Source: Amphiscolops sp. MND2022 (Eukaryota). From it: 64,000 nt of DNA. A program made the position numbers and the translations under genes. How positions within the stretch are numbered: the first letter of the stretch is position 1; each line of letters opens with the position of its first letter. The stretch lies in the NCBI GenBank assembly GCA_964187785.1, contig OZ076409.1, forward strand, positions 2,170,001 through 2,234,000. The letters run 5' to 3'. Shown here piece after piece: positions 38,594 to 51,534 of this stretch. The notes beneath the pieces were generated by a model. The model had not been told where the DNA came from. It searched no databases and was given only the letters and a program-made list of their open reading frames with translations.

Positions 38594-39191
38594 TTTTTCT
38601 CCTTCTCTTTATTTTTCATGATAGAACATTGTTTTTATCATTTCTTTCATCACAATTATTTTCGAACTAATACCATTAAACTTTCTGTTCTATTATTTAT
38701 AGTAAGTACATTTTGTTTTCACAGTAAGATACCTTTGATTCAGCGAGTTATCTTCTATGATTGAACTTCTATGATTGTCCTAATGATTGAACTTGATAAA
38801 TGACTGATACGTTGCTTCTGATACTGCCTGAATATTATTTTGCTTCACTTCATTTGTATTATTCCTCATCATTGTAAATAACTTTTGCTAGGCTTCAATA
38901 AATTTGTCTCTGTTGATAAACTATGTTTCGTATTCAAAACAAGAGTGTAAGGCGGATTTCCAGCTGTCGGAGTTGACTTTTTCTGCACACAGGTAATGTT
39001 TGGTAACAGGTTACGTCTGGTAAGTTTGCGGGTAAAGCAGCGAATGGTTTCATCACTGATCGACGGACAGCGTGGTCAGTGATTAGGTGTTCAGAATATC
39101 GTGTCTATTAAAAAGCAGCGAATGAAGTGCATTTCTCTGGTGATGTCTAACACAACAGTTTTTTAAGATTTGATTTGATTCAACTTGCAAT

Positions 39192-39460
39192 ATGCCACGC
39201 GGAAGAGAAAGGAAAGCCAACAAATCTAGAAAGTGTGCAGTTCACAATTTGTTTCTGGCGAGAGATGGTGTGTGTGTAAGATGTGTGACAGAGGTGCAGC
39301 CGACGGATCGAGATGTTGAGTTAGACGATGTTGTTAATCCCCCAATTCCCCCAGATCCCCCTATTGGCGTAGAGATAGCAGAAGTTGAAACGACAACTAT
39401 GGAGATGTGTGAGATGTGTGAGAAGTGTAGAAGAACGTCAACAAACAACTACAGACTTTT
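39192..39460 (+). pseudogene. Possible truncated N-terminus of a related Rep-helicase ORF (Cys clusters)
   Basis: MPRGR..KCAVH..CVRC..CEKCRRTST parallels MPPKR..CTAC..CSRC..CSCCFRIST at 41625; both follow an SGNH copy. Confidence 0.45.
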
Positions 39461-39800
39461 TAATAATGGCTATTCAATAATCCATTTAACATTCTTTCGA
39501 ATATCGATTTTTTTTCATTGCCCTGGCGAGCGGTGGTCTACCGATACAAGAGTGGCCAAATGCTCAGAAATGCTTCTTTATTTCTTTGGTTTTGCTTTTT
39601 CTCCATTTTCAATGGCGAGCGACGGTCTACCGATACAAGGGTGACCAAATGCTCTGCAAGGCTTCTTCATTCTTTGGTGTTGCTTTTTTCTCCTTTTTCC
39701 ATGGCGAGCGACGGTCTACCGATACAAGGGTGGCCAAATGCTCCAAAATGGTTGTATAAATTTCTATTGGTATTAGAGATTTCCTCATTTTTTCAGGACA

Positions 39801-40480
39801 ATGCAAACTAGTGAAATAAAAAATTCAATGTCGTTCCTTGTGGAACAAGTTCTCGAAGCAAAGCCTTTGCTCATACTCAGCGACAGTCTGCTGTGGGGTT
39901 ACCGAATGGCGGAAGCTGATTTGATATCGATAAAAGGCGCAAGACCTCAAGATCTGCAACAGTTTTTAAAAAGAAATGAAGTAGCCCTCAACTAATATAA
40001 AGCCCTAGCAATTGTTTGTGGAGGGAATTGTTTTAAAGATAAGATGAAGAATGGCGTCATTAGGCCAAACTGTTCGCCATTTCGTGTTAGTAATTGTTCT
40101 CTTTACTCAAAACTAATTCAATTTTTTCATTACAAATTTCGATATAGAGATTTAAAGATTGATTCACTCTAAATTGTCCTTTAGTTCGTTTTCAGGCTTA
40201 CGGTCTGCTGATCGATTTAGCCAATTTACTGATGGAGCAATCCACCGGTCGGATCATAATAATTGGCGTGCCACCGCGCCATGATGGCACGAATGAATCA
40301 ATCGACAAATTAAATTCGTTGTTAAAACTCGATCGAGGATTCGGGTACAAGTACATTGGAGTGTCATGCTCCCTTAGCAATGAAACCGTCCTCGGTCAAG
40401 ACAAAGTCCATCTGGAAGCTGAGGGCAAATCCAAGAGAGTAATCAAATTAAAGAGAGTAATCAAGAACAAGATAATGTTA
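39801..40480 (+). pseudogene. Second SGNH hydrolase-like copy (intron 40086-40195; premature stop 39993-39995)
   Basis: Paralog of 37926-38593; the downstream half is nearly identical. Confidence 0.7.
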
Positions 40481-41000
40481 GTTTTTCTCCTTCTCTTTAT
40501 TTTTCATGATAGAACATTGTTTTTATCATTTCTTTCATCATAATTATTTTCGAACTAATACCATTAAACTTTCTGTTCTATTATTTATAGTAAGTACATT
40601 TTGTTTTCACAGCAAGATACCTTTGATTCAGCGAGTTATCTTCTATGATTGAACTTCTATGATTGTCCCAATGATTGAACTTGATAAAGGACTGATACGT
40701 TGCTTCTGATACTGCCTGAATATTATTTTGCTTCACTTCATTTGTATTATTCCTCATCATTGTATATAACTTTTGCTAGGCTTCAATAAATTTGTCTCTG
40801 TTGATAAACTATGTTTCGTATTTAAAACAAGAGTGTAAGGCGGTTTTCCAGCTGACTGAGTTGACTTTTTCTGCACACAGGTAATGTTTGGTAACAGGTT
40901 ACGTCTGGTAAGTTTGCGGGTAAAGCAGCGAATGGTTTCATCACTGAACTTTTTCATTACAATTTTCGATATAGTAATTAAAGATTTATTCACTTTTCAG

Positions 41001-41291
41001 GCGTATCGCCTGCTGATTGATTTGGCCAATTTCCTGATGGAGCAAGCCACCGGTCGCGTTATAATAATCGGCGTGCCACCACGCCATGATGGAACAAATC
41101 TATCGATCCAAGAACTAAATTACTTGCTGTCACTTGATGAAGGTTTCGGCTACAAGTATATTGGAGTCGCATGCTCACTAAGCTATGAAACCGGGCTCGG
41201 TGATAACAAAATTCACCTCGAAGCTGAGAACAAGTGCAAGTTTTCACAGCACTACACCTTCAATTCAGGGAGTTTTCCTCTATCCTCATGA
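41001..41291 (+). pseudogene. Third, diverged SGNH copy (exon 2 only)
   Basis: ttttcag|AYRLLIDLANFLMEQATGRVIIIGVPPRHDG...NKIHL. Confidence 0.7.
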
Positions 41292-41624
41292 CTGAACTTA
41301 AGAAAGACTGATACGTTGCACTTATTACTGCTTGATTATAATTTGCTTCATTGCATTTATAATATTCTGTCATCATTGTATATAACTGTTGCTAGCCTTC
41401 AAATAAACTTTTCTCTGTTCATAAACTATGTTTCGTATTTAAAACAAGAGTGTAAGGCGGTGTTCAGCGGAAATTCGTGTTTTCAATACGGTATTCCCCA
41501 CACTTTTTTGTCAAACTGGATATGAGTTGTGATTTTTTGGGTTTCAACATAAACATTATCGATATGTCGTTCCAGATTGCTTTGATACTGCTATTCAAAC
41601 CAAACGCATTCCTCGAAGTCAATA

Positions 41625-44600
41625 ATGCCTCCTAAACGAAGAATATTGAACAAATGTACCGCATGCGGAAGAATAATTAAAGGTGACAGATGTTCCCGTT
41701 GCGATGAGACTCAACAATTTAATGACGATGTATTCGAAGTTTCTGTTCTACCATCTACCCTGGAATATCAAACCACAATGAAAGACATTTGCCCAGAAGA
41801 TGAAACGTGTTCTTGTTGTTTTCGAATTAGTACTATTTTTTATCCCTTGCAGTTTACATTTATTCAATCGAATACCATTATACGACGTCATTTTACTCCT
41901 CTTCTAAATTCTGATCGTGTTACACTGTGTCATATCTGCAACAACTATTTAAATCCACTCTCGCCACAATTTAAACACACTCGTCACTTCAAATTTGCTT
42001 GGCCATCTGTATTCTGGCAACTGCTGAAAGATCAAACGACGACGACTTTTTGGAAATTTTTGCCGTTTGAAATGAGGATTAGTTGGCTCAATAAAACAGC
42101 GTGCAATGAGGAAACATTTTTTAAAAACATCGACTTAGTTACGAAACCTGTATTTTTTGATGTCTAAGCGGATCGAGTCCTTCAATCAGTTCAAAATTAC
42201 ATGGAAGCTTAGGGATATGATAGAAAACGTCGACCGAGAATATTTTCCGTCCATAAAATGTCCTGTAGGATGTGAAGAATTTATTGACGAGTACAAGACC
42301 ATCGACTTTGTTCATTACCTTGGAAAGATTTTCCCGTCCTTCAATCAAATCAATTCCCAGCCGAACGAGTTTTCACGAGGCATGCGACCCGACTATCAAC
42401 AGCACGATGCACTCTTCCCCAACGATATACAGTCTCCCTCTAAACACCCTTCTTTATTAGTGAACGATAGCGGAGTGTTTTTGTTAACTTGTAGGGATCA
42501 CGGTGTTAAAATCAATAAGCAATATATACATTCACCAGAGCATACCGCAGGTAGGGTTTTCAGTCCATTTGCTGATCGTTTTGCTCAGCTGTCTTGAATA
42601 CAAGAACTATGAAACCTTTCAGAGTAAACTATTCAACAGCTTCTTACAAAATGTTCAAGCTTGATGTTTCTTTTGCCGGTTTGAATACTTGTTTTTTGTC
42701 AGAAAATAGGGTTTTCGACAAAGTTTCGAACGAAAGTGTTGATCATGAGACGTTTTATTCACATCAGAGAAAAGACACACAAATAGTTCTGAAACAGTTT
42801 GTTGCTCAAGGATTGTTGTCTCAAAAAACAGCCGAAGAATTGTTGAACTTCAGGAATGAAAAATGGTTGTAAATGGTTGACCACTTGAAAATTTTTTCCA
42901 TTTTGTTCCCCTCGAAACAGTTACCTTCATGCGGCGTATCAATGATCTAAAGGAACAACCATTACCAAGTGGTTGCTGAACCCGAAACGGAAGTTCTCCC
43001 GCAAGAAGATAATCTTGACCATGAGTTTGAGGGACTAAGTTCCGCAGCGGATCAAGCTTCTGCAAATGCGAACAATGTTTCTTCAGAGGAAAATAGTGTA
43101 AAAACCGTCATTGAATGGGATAAGTTTGAATATTCCTGTTTAAAAGTTATGGATCGTAAATTCGGAGCGCAAGCTAAAACCTATCTTGTAGGAAATACCA
43201 AGGAAAAAATTGTAATCGATTTGACTGCTAATTCGGTTCTCTTTCTCAGTAATGTTATCACTTGCCATCTCGCTCGCCATCAAATGTGTTGGACAATTTT
43301 GAATTGTTTCACAAAAAATGAAACAGCGAATAAAAATTTCAAACAAGCTCAGACTCTTGGAACGAAATCTAGAAAACGCTTCTTTGTATGATATGTTTAA
43401 TCTTCTTCCATGTGTTAACGTTATCAATAATCATTCAAGGAACACGCCCTTGGATTCTTCGATGATCGTTCGTGAAAAAAAAGACTTCCAGGTCTTCATA
43501 GCTTTTTCTGGAACAAGTTCCTCATTGCCGCCACAGGATGTGATCGAAGTTGATGATCGATCGTTTCGTTTAGTTTACGTTGTCGAAGATAAATTGAACG
43601 CCAAGTTTTTCTTACGTTACAAATTTTGCAAAGGTTGGCGGAATATTTGTAACCCGGGTCGCCCAGTCGACACGCGTGATACCGACATTTCCAACTTACT
43701 GCAAAGAAATTCTTGGAAAATCGCAATTTTTGAAAAGTTGACTCTGATCTTTCGATAAAAGAGAAAAACATGTCAATTGCGAATATCTGCGGTCAAAACT
43801 TAGCTTTTGCAGCCAACACAAGTTACCTTTGGCTTGTGATTTTCCCAAAAATCCTTGACTCTGTCAAATTGATGACAATTGTATCCGTAAATCTGCGTGG
43901 AGATGCCCCGAAGAAAATTAAGAAAGTGCTTTGTGCAAATCACATATGGCAGGGATCAATGAAATAAGACTGGTGACTCCTTTTGCAGCAAAAATCGGAA
44001 TTCCAACCTCGTTTCCTCAAATAAAATGGAAACGATTTCTGATGAATATGAATCGCTCGAAAACGATGAGGATTTTAATTTTGATAGCAACAAGCCCAGC
44101 AACTTGGTTGATGTTCCTGTTGATTCAGGAATTGTTGAAAATTTTGAAATTCAGGAAACTAATGCCGGTGCTGAAGCTGTGCAATACAACTCAAATGACG
44201 ATTTGAAGACAATAGGGAGCCATGTGATCCTAAATGCTGTTTGTTCTCTTTTAAATAGACCAAGCAATCCAACGCATTTCAAAAAAAAAAAAGAATGGCG
44301 TTTCCTCCAGTCTTTCATTTCCAAATGTCCCGGCGAAAGTGTTCCGTTAACATTCCCGGAAGCTGTTTTGTTCCCTTCGTTGTATTATCAGACTGGGGAG
44401 GGTTCGTTTTGTGGCGCTGTTTCGTCTTTTTTGTTTGCTCCTTTTAATTGCAACGTGTTCAACAATTTTGCTGATATTTTGTCTCTCGTTTGAAATTTTT
44501 TTCTCTTCTTACATCTAGTGACCCGAGGATGATTCAGTTCTTTTTTGATTGTTTTCTGAATTTCAATATGATTTGTAGGGATTCCAGGTTTGTCCTCAAT

Positions 44601-47600
44601 CGTGGCCTGCAAGAACTTTCAGACATTGACAATGAAAAATGCGGGGCTCAAATACGAAGGAATGAAGAAGATAGCAGGAAAATAGTAAATGAGTTAGCTT
44701 CTGCTATTAGATCTGAAAAGCCTACGTTTTTTTGACTTTGACATTGAATCAGTCAAGAATGTTCGGTGTTGCGCCACTTTATTAACTTTTACAGAAAAAC
44801 ACTGAAAATATGGAACGTGGAAAGCGCCGAATTTTCATTGAAGTATTCATGCCACTTTTTGAGACTATGGGAAAGGGCTGCCACGTTTTTCTTTAAGTAT
44901 ATAGAGTTTTCTGCTGACAAGCCCCTCGGGACAATCACAAAAAATTTTCCACGATTTGAGTTCCAGACTTCTAAAGGTAACGCGCCTCATTTACATATAA
45001 TTCTTTGGACACAAGAAAAAAAAGCGATCCTTTAATTAGGAATAAAATTGCAGGGTCATACAGGCAGTTACTTCGTGAACTTGGACTTGAAAAAGTCGAT
45101 ATAAGCAATCCATAAGCAAAAGCTACGTTGAGCCACAGTTGTCAAAAAGCAGAATTCCGGTGTCATAAAAAATGCGACAGCAGTGGCAAAACTGTTTGTA
45201 GATTTAAAATATTTGAACCGTCCAATAAAACTTTTTTAAAACTAATTGAAAGACCACATTCTGAAGAGGCTGGGGAAATATTCAACGAATGGGGATTAGC
45301 AAAAGCAGTTGAGGGGGATACCAAAATTTGTATGAGTTGTCCAACGAGATGCAAGATGGTAAGTTCATTTATGCCGCTGATTTCGGGGAGACCTTCTCGC
45401 CTGTAGTAACGAAGATTTTTTCAGTTGTTCAGTGTAGCATGAATTGTCTACTTTGTGATACAATTATTTCATCAGCTTATTTAGCGAAATATGCAGCTGG
45501 TGTAGAAGAACATGCTGAAGTTAACAGCGGGGGAAAATCAAATGACACTGAGTCTGTTACCGTTAAAAGAATGAAAAACATCAAAATAGCAGGAGCCCAA
45601 ATAGCGGCTAAAAATGAGAAAGAATGCCGAATTCTATCCTCTACTGAAAGCATCTGGTCAATTTTAGATCTGAAATATGTCTTTACGACGTACACGTGCG
45701 TTCACGTCAACACAAAACCCTTGGAGAACAGGGGAGGTGTCGTTCGAAGGAAGTCACATAGGCGTATCGTTGACCGCCCCGGGCAATACGATTCGAACTT
45801 ACAATTTGTTAACTACCGCAATACCTCACAATTAGATACATTCCGACATTTCACTGCTAATCAAGTTCGTACGGTTAAAGAACATTTGAAATCTAACCTT
45901 CCCATAGGACAAAGCGTCTTTGTTTGCGGTGCGACCATCTGAGCTTCTTTTTGTTAACGATTTGGAGTTTTACTTCAGGCATTTTCGTTCACAAAGATAA
46001 AGGAAGCGATGTTGCATGAAAAATTAACTGAAACATTGGGTGAAAGTGGTTGGATAGATGGTGTTGGGAATCTTGTCAAAGTTCGCGGCTTTTCTGTAGA
46101 AACATTCAAGGACCTTCTGGCCAAAAGGAAATTTGACTCCTGTACCAAATATAGTTATGTTGCATCCTTTTACTTGGATTTGTTTTCTAGTCCCGATGCC
46201 GCTCAATTTCTCATCGACAATCGTCCTGAATTCAGAAAACCAGCGGTTGTTGTTCTACCGAATGTAATTCCAAAGCATGTACCTAACTTTCTTATTAGTC
46301 TTCTTTTACAATTTGGTAGGTACGAAACAGAGTTTGACTTACATGAGGGGGGAAATATTGCTACCGCTTACCAAGCTGGAGGTTTAATGAGGAATGCTAA
46401 TTCTGTTACGATTGACAAAGTTGAAAGATTTTGAAAGATTTTGTTTTGAAACGCGTTGTCTTTGTCCCGGGTTCTCATGTGTCACAGGATAGACAGGTAA
46501 TAGACGCCAAGTTAGCTCTTAGCGCTTTGTTGAACAATAACGAAGATGAAATTGAAACACCTACCATTGTTTACCAAGCTTTACAGGAGCAATGTACTGA
46601 CGAATTGAACCAGTCTGTTTCAAACAAATTTCACAACGTTAAAGTTCAATTACACAAATTAATAGGAGATACAGAAAAGCTTATAACCCATTGGCTAGTA
46701 GAGACTTGAATATCAATGATAAACAGCAGGTTGTTATGGCTTCTTTGATGAATTCAGTTGATAAATTTTTAAGTTCTTCCAGATTTGTCAAACATGTTTA
46801 TTGTGGGAATGCCAGGGTCGGGTAACATTTTTGTAATAAATCATCTTCTTCTTTACGTTATGTGCAAAGGATTGATTGTCACGGTCACTTCCTTGAGCAG
46901 TGAACGGTCCATGCAGTTTTCTGGTATACATATACATGATTTGTTCTGTCTTCCGGTTTCCAATTCCAATATTGTTGATCAAATTGTACAGAAAGCTCTT
47001 AAAAAGTTGACATTTGACTCAGCAAAACTAACAGTGCTTAAAAGGTAGGATGTGATTAATTTTGAGGAAATTGGTTTGATTTGTGCGGAGGAGTTTGCCG
47101 CCATTGATTTGATTCTTCAAAGCGTTCGAGATTCGTTTCTTCCATTTGAAGGTGTTCTAATTTGCGCAACAAGAGACCCGAAAAAATTAGCACCTCCCCA
47201 TGGCAGACTAATTTGGACTTCACCCATTATGTTCACATGTGTCCGAATGTTTGCTCTTAAGAACTGTGTGCGAATGTTAGATTTAATTGGTCCAATTTTT
47301 GATCATGTTGTCTTCACCTAAAATGACTGACGAAGTTGAGAGCATTTTGGAAATTTTCAAAAACCATTGTAATTTTTGCCCACTTGACGACAGCCCTCTT
47401 GACTCTGTACGTATTTTCGCTACTAGAGCTGCTGAACAAAAGGCTATTGAACATCATATAAAACGTTTCTTCGGCAGGTTTGAGCGTTGTTGAGATTGCA
47501 AGTTTAGATGAAGTGAAATCGAATCCTACAAGTAACTGGAAAAAAATAACAAATAATAAAATTCTCATCCGATTATGCTTAGAACCTGAAACGTTATTTT

Positions 47601-48582
47601 GCTATAAAAATGCTTTGATGCGAATAACCTGCAATTTACCACTTTTGAGTGTTTCACAAGGGCGAGTGTGTGTTTTTAGAAGTTTTGACGGTGCTAATAA
47701 AATTGAAGTAGTTGTTGCACCGCCTGGTGTTAGGAAACTACCACGCCTAAACGATAGTGGCGAATATGGCCTCCTTGAGAATGGTTGGTTTACAATTGTA
47801 CCCCACAAACAGGTCGGTTTTGTGCACAGCTACAAGGGGTCGTCAATGAGGAGAACACAGTTCCCGCTCAAAAATTTTATGGCGATGACAATTCATAAGG
47901 CTATCGGTGCAACAATTGGGAAGGTTGTACGAAAAATTGATTGTTTCGAACGGGAATATTGTCTCTGGGAAAAAGAACAATTGTACGTTCTTGTAAGTCG
48001 TGTCCAAAATTTGAATGATTTGACTTTCGTGGGGGATAAAGAAACAACGTTAATCACAAATAAACGCCTGTTACGTCAAACTGCTCAATGGGACGAAAAT
48101 ACTGATAAATTGGTTGAAACAGCGTGTAACCAAGCCCCAGTTGTCTTTGATCTCGCGAGTACATGTCCCTTCAAACCTCGTTAAGTTGAAATACCACCAG
48201 GAGACGTTGGGTTTGTTTACCTCCTGGTGAGCACCAAGGATATTTCGGTATCTTACGTTGGTGAAACTTGCAACATCAAGCGTAGATTACGTGAGCATAA
48301 TTCGGGCAATGGTTCTTTTTTGACAAACAAAAGACATCTTAGGCCTTGGGGAGTGCTTTGTTTTGCTACGGGTTTTTCTGACGACTAACGTACAAACCAA
48401 ATTCAGTGCAAACGTTTGAGTCAAACATTCATGATAAAATGTTTTTTTTTTGTTAAATGTTCACAATGGTTTCGGTGCCCCAAGTCAAGTTAGTTTTGGA
48501 AATTTACATTAAATGCGTGGAGGATTTTATTGTTGAATGTGAGGGTTTACGCGTTGTTGTCACTGGGAAAATGGTTCAGTAG
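41625..48582 (+). pseudogene. Helitron/Helentron-like Rep-PIF1 helicase with a C-terminal GIY-YIG domain (decayed)
   Basis: Rep motif 1 PTFF.TLT (~44721), HUH motif RFEFQTSKGNAPHLHIILW (~44950), YLAKY (~45478). PIF1 motifs GMPGSG, FEEIGL, RRTQFPL..AMTIHKAIG, LYVLVSRV. Then GFVYLL..YVGET..RRLREHN. Confidence 0.9.
48185..48430 (+). pseudogene. GIY-YIG (SLX1-like) endonuclease domain
   Basis: My translation VEIPPGDVGFVYLLVSTKDISVSYVGETCNIKRRLREHNSGNGSFLTNKRHLRPW is in the same frame as helicase ORF 47480-48184, separated by one TAA. Confidence 0.85.
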
Positions 48583-49801
48583 GTTTCAGTTGATACCACA
48601 AAGCTCTACCATATGATTGAGGGTGGGCGCTGTGGATTAATTTTCTTTGTCCACTTCTTTTAGCTGTGGTCTCTATTGAAAGAGTAAGTTGTTGTTTATT
48701 GGAGTCATTGTCTAAAACTTAAGCTGTTTTCATTAACAAAGCTCTACTATCAAACGGTGGGCACCGTGGATTGAACAGCTTCATTTTTATTGTTCATTCA
48801 GATAGTCATTATATTTTAAAAAATATTACCAAGAGCTGTGTCAGTAAATGTCATAAGCTTCAGCTGTTTTGCTTCAGAAAGCTCTACTGACTAAGGGTGG
48901 GCATCGTAAAATAAGCAGTTTAGGTTGTGACAGTTCCATCTGACACTCTCAGAATTTCAAATTACAATCGGTTTATTATAGCAACTTATGGATCCCTACA
49001 AGTTTCTGCTTGATTTATTCCATTTTTTGTAAAACAGTTTGATTTTAAAACTGAATTCATTGTAGTTTCACACATTGTCAACTATTGTGTTCTGTTGGAA
49101 GTTGTTACAATTCTTATTCAACTGTTCAAAACTCATCATCATGCAACATTGAGTGTCAATTTAAACTACCGTTAACTAATTTAAATTTTTCTCCTTGTTT
49201 AGTGTATACTGTTTTCAATAACACAAGTTTGTTCAAAGTATAAATCCGAGTGATTTGTTTCGAAGACATTTTGTCGAAAAGACCATTATTAATGTTTGTG
49301 CGTGCTTCGATTCATATATTTCTCATCATGACTGCAATGTAATGATGCTACCCGATTGTGGACTATGGTTGGAAAAGCGCAGCATCAAAAAAATAGTGCA
49401 TCATAGCCTAAAGAAGATTAAATCGCTGTTAGGGCTGTGTGTGCGCGCGACCTATCGCTTTTCTTTCCACTGTTCCTGTCAATTATTGATTCTTCTCAAT
49501 GGTTTGGTGATATTAACACTATATAATTAGGTTTTGTTCATTTGAATTATTGGTCGCAACAATGAGATTGTCCCAACAAACAGCACCAACAATTCTCTTA
49601 AACAGTGAAGACCATGACTTTTTAATAGATGATCTCTGTCATACAAATAATACCATGCAACAGATAGTTTCCGCAGAAGGAACATCAATTGCGATTTGTA
49701 AACGTCCTAGTGTTTAATCATCCAGTAACAAACGGTTCATTTGATTAATAATTTACACAAACATTTAACGTCTACTTATTCATGTCGTTGGGTGTTGCAT
49801 C

Positions 49802-49977
49802 TAGATTATACATTGTCTTTTGATCCGTTTGTTAATTGGTGACTTAGTAAAACGTTCCCTCCTACACTCTTTTCGTACCTCGTTATAGATAGATTATACA
49901 TTGTCTTTTGATCCGTTTGTTAATTGGTGACTTAGTAGAACGTTTCCTCCTACACTCTTTTCGTAACTCGTTATAAA
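49802..49977. repeat. 88-bp direct tandem duplication
   Basis: tagattatacattgtcttttgatccg... at 49802 and 49890. Confidence 0.9.
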
Positions 49978-50475
49978 ACCAACCGTTATGCAAACATTGT
50001 ATTAAATGTATTCTGATTAATACAATGTTAAATTGTGCATATTGTAATTACTATTTTAAAATCAAATGTCCAGTTTCAATTTACACTTCTAATGTCCGCG
50101 TTTCATTGATCTTCTTTGCTTTTTCAACATAATAGTGGTCAGTTGAAGTCCACATTCATGATATTATGGGCCCTCCTGATAAATCTGTCAGCAAACACTA
50201 GGATACGTCAACTCTACGAATTTCATTATAAGTATTTTCTTGATTCCTTCAGACAATTTTAGAATCAATTGCAATTCAGTTAAGAACTTTTGTATAATTT
50301 GACTTTTCTCGTTTCACAAAGACTAAAAAGTGACTGTTTTTGACTCGTTTTGACTACTTTCCTACAAGATACCTTAAAATAAAGATCAGTTTTGAAGCTT
50401 TGAAGATTTTGATGATACAATTGACGGTCGCTATCGAATGATATTAACAGTTCTTTTCGGCAACTCAGTAGAACC

Positions 50476-51534
50476 ATGAATTCAGCATTACCTACCTCGT
50501 TGAATCTCAATGCATCAACTGAAATGTCCCGAGAATATCAAGAGATGAACTTTTTTGATTTCGAGAGTGGAGAAGATTCCGAGGACAAGAAAAAACTAGC
50601 TATCTTTTTGCACGGTAAACGGCTAGTCGAACCTGTCAAATATCAAGCTAAAATGTTGGAAAGGGACCTTCGAATTCGAAAAACAGTCGTTCAGTCTTCC
50701 TACGACGGTTTTTTTTGTTTGGTGATGTGGAGTTTAATAAAGTGTTAGCACTTTTTGCTGCCACCGATAAAGAAAGCCGGGTGCTAACAAGATACCACAC
50801 CCAAATGTTCCCAGGATGTTGTGTGGCTATTATCGAGCCACGTATGAAAGGTGTGATGATAGACACTACCAACATTCTCATCACCACCACTGAGCCATTT
50901 ATCCCTTTGAAAAAATGTTGTCCACTAAGACAAAACGTATTGCCGCCATATGACCTCAGCAGTGAGTCCGACATGATATGGTTCCACTTTGTCACAACGT
51001 CCTTCAGTTTGAAACTTCCGGTGCCAACTGTGGATCTCTGTTCTGGCCATTTTTGTGATGATCAAGGTGCAGGCAGCTCACTTTGTGTTTGTGTGGAAAA
51101 AAACAGGTTTACCTGAGTGGGGTATACGCTATTTAATTGCATGTAATGAGCTGGACATGACGCGAACAGCCCATCAAAAATCGACTTTCATAAGCGTCAA
51201 GTTCTCGAAGCTTTGCGTCGAGAACCACAATTTCAATGAGCCACAAGATTCATCGTTTCAGTTGATAACATTCAGGCGCAATTTAAGGGAATTTATCAAT
51301 GGAATAAACAATCTTCAAGACAGTGCAGGTTTTGAGGTTATGGGCTGGTTCAAACCCTCCAAGCAAGACGGCGAAAGTTTTCCCGAGGTACACGAGTACC
51401 ACATCATTTCAATAACGCCCTTGGTAAATCCGCTCCCTGATTCTGTGATGCTCCTTCGACACCCCAGGCCACCACGAATAGAGTCACCCAACGCCCCATC
51501 TGTTACTGCTTCCGTCGCCACAACTTCAAACTAA
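50476..51534 (+). pseudogene. Frameshifted ~350-aa Cys-containing ORF of unknown function downstream of the Rep-helicase
   Basis: Three overlapping ORFs (50476-50748, 50715-51116, 51055-51534) can be joined at homopolymer runs; contains CSGHFCDDQG..CVC. Confidence 0.55.
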
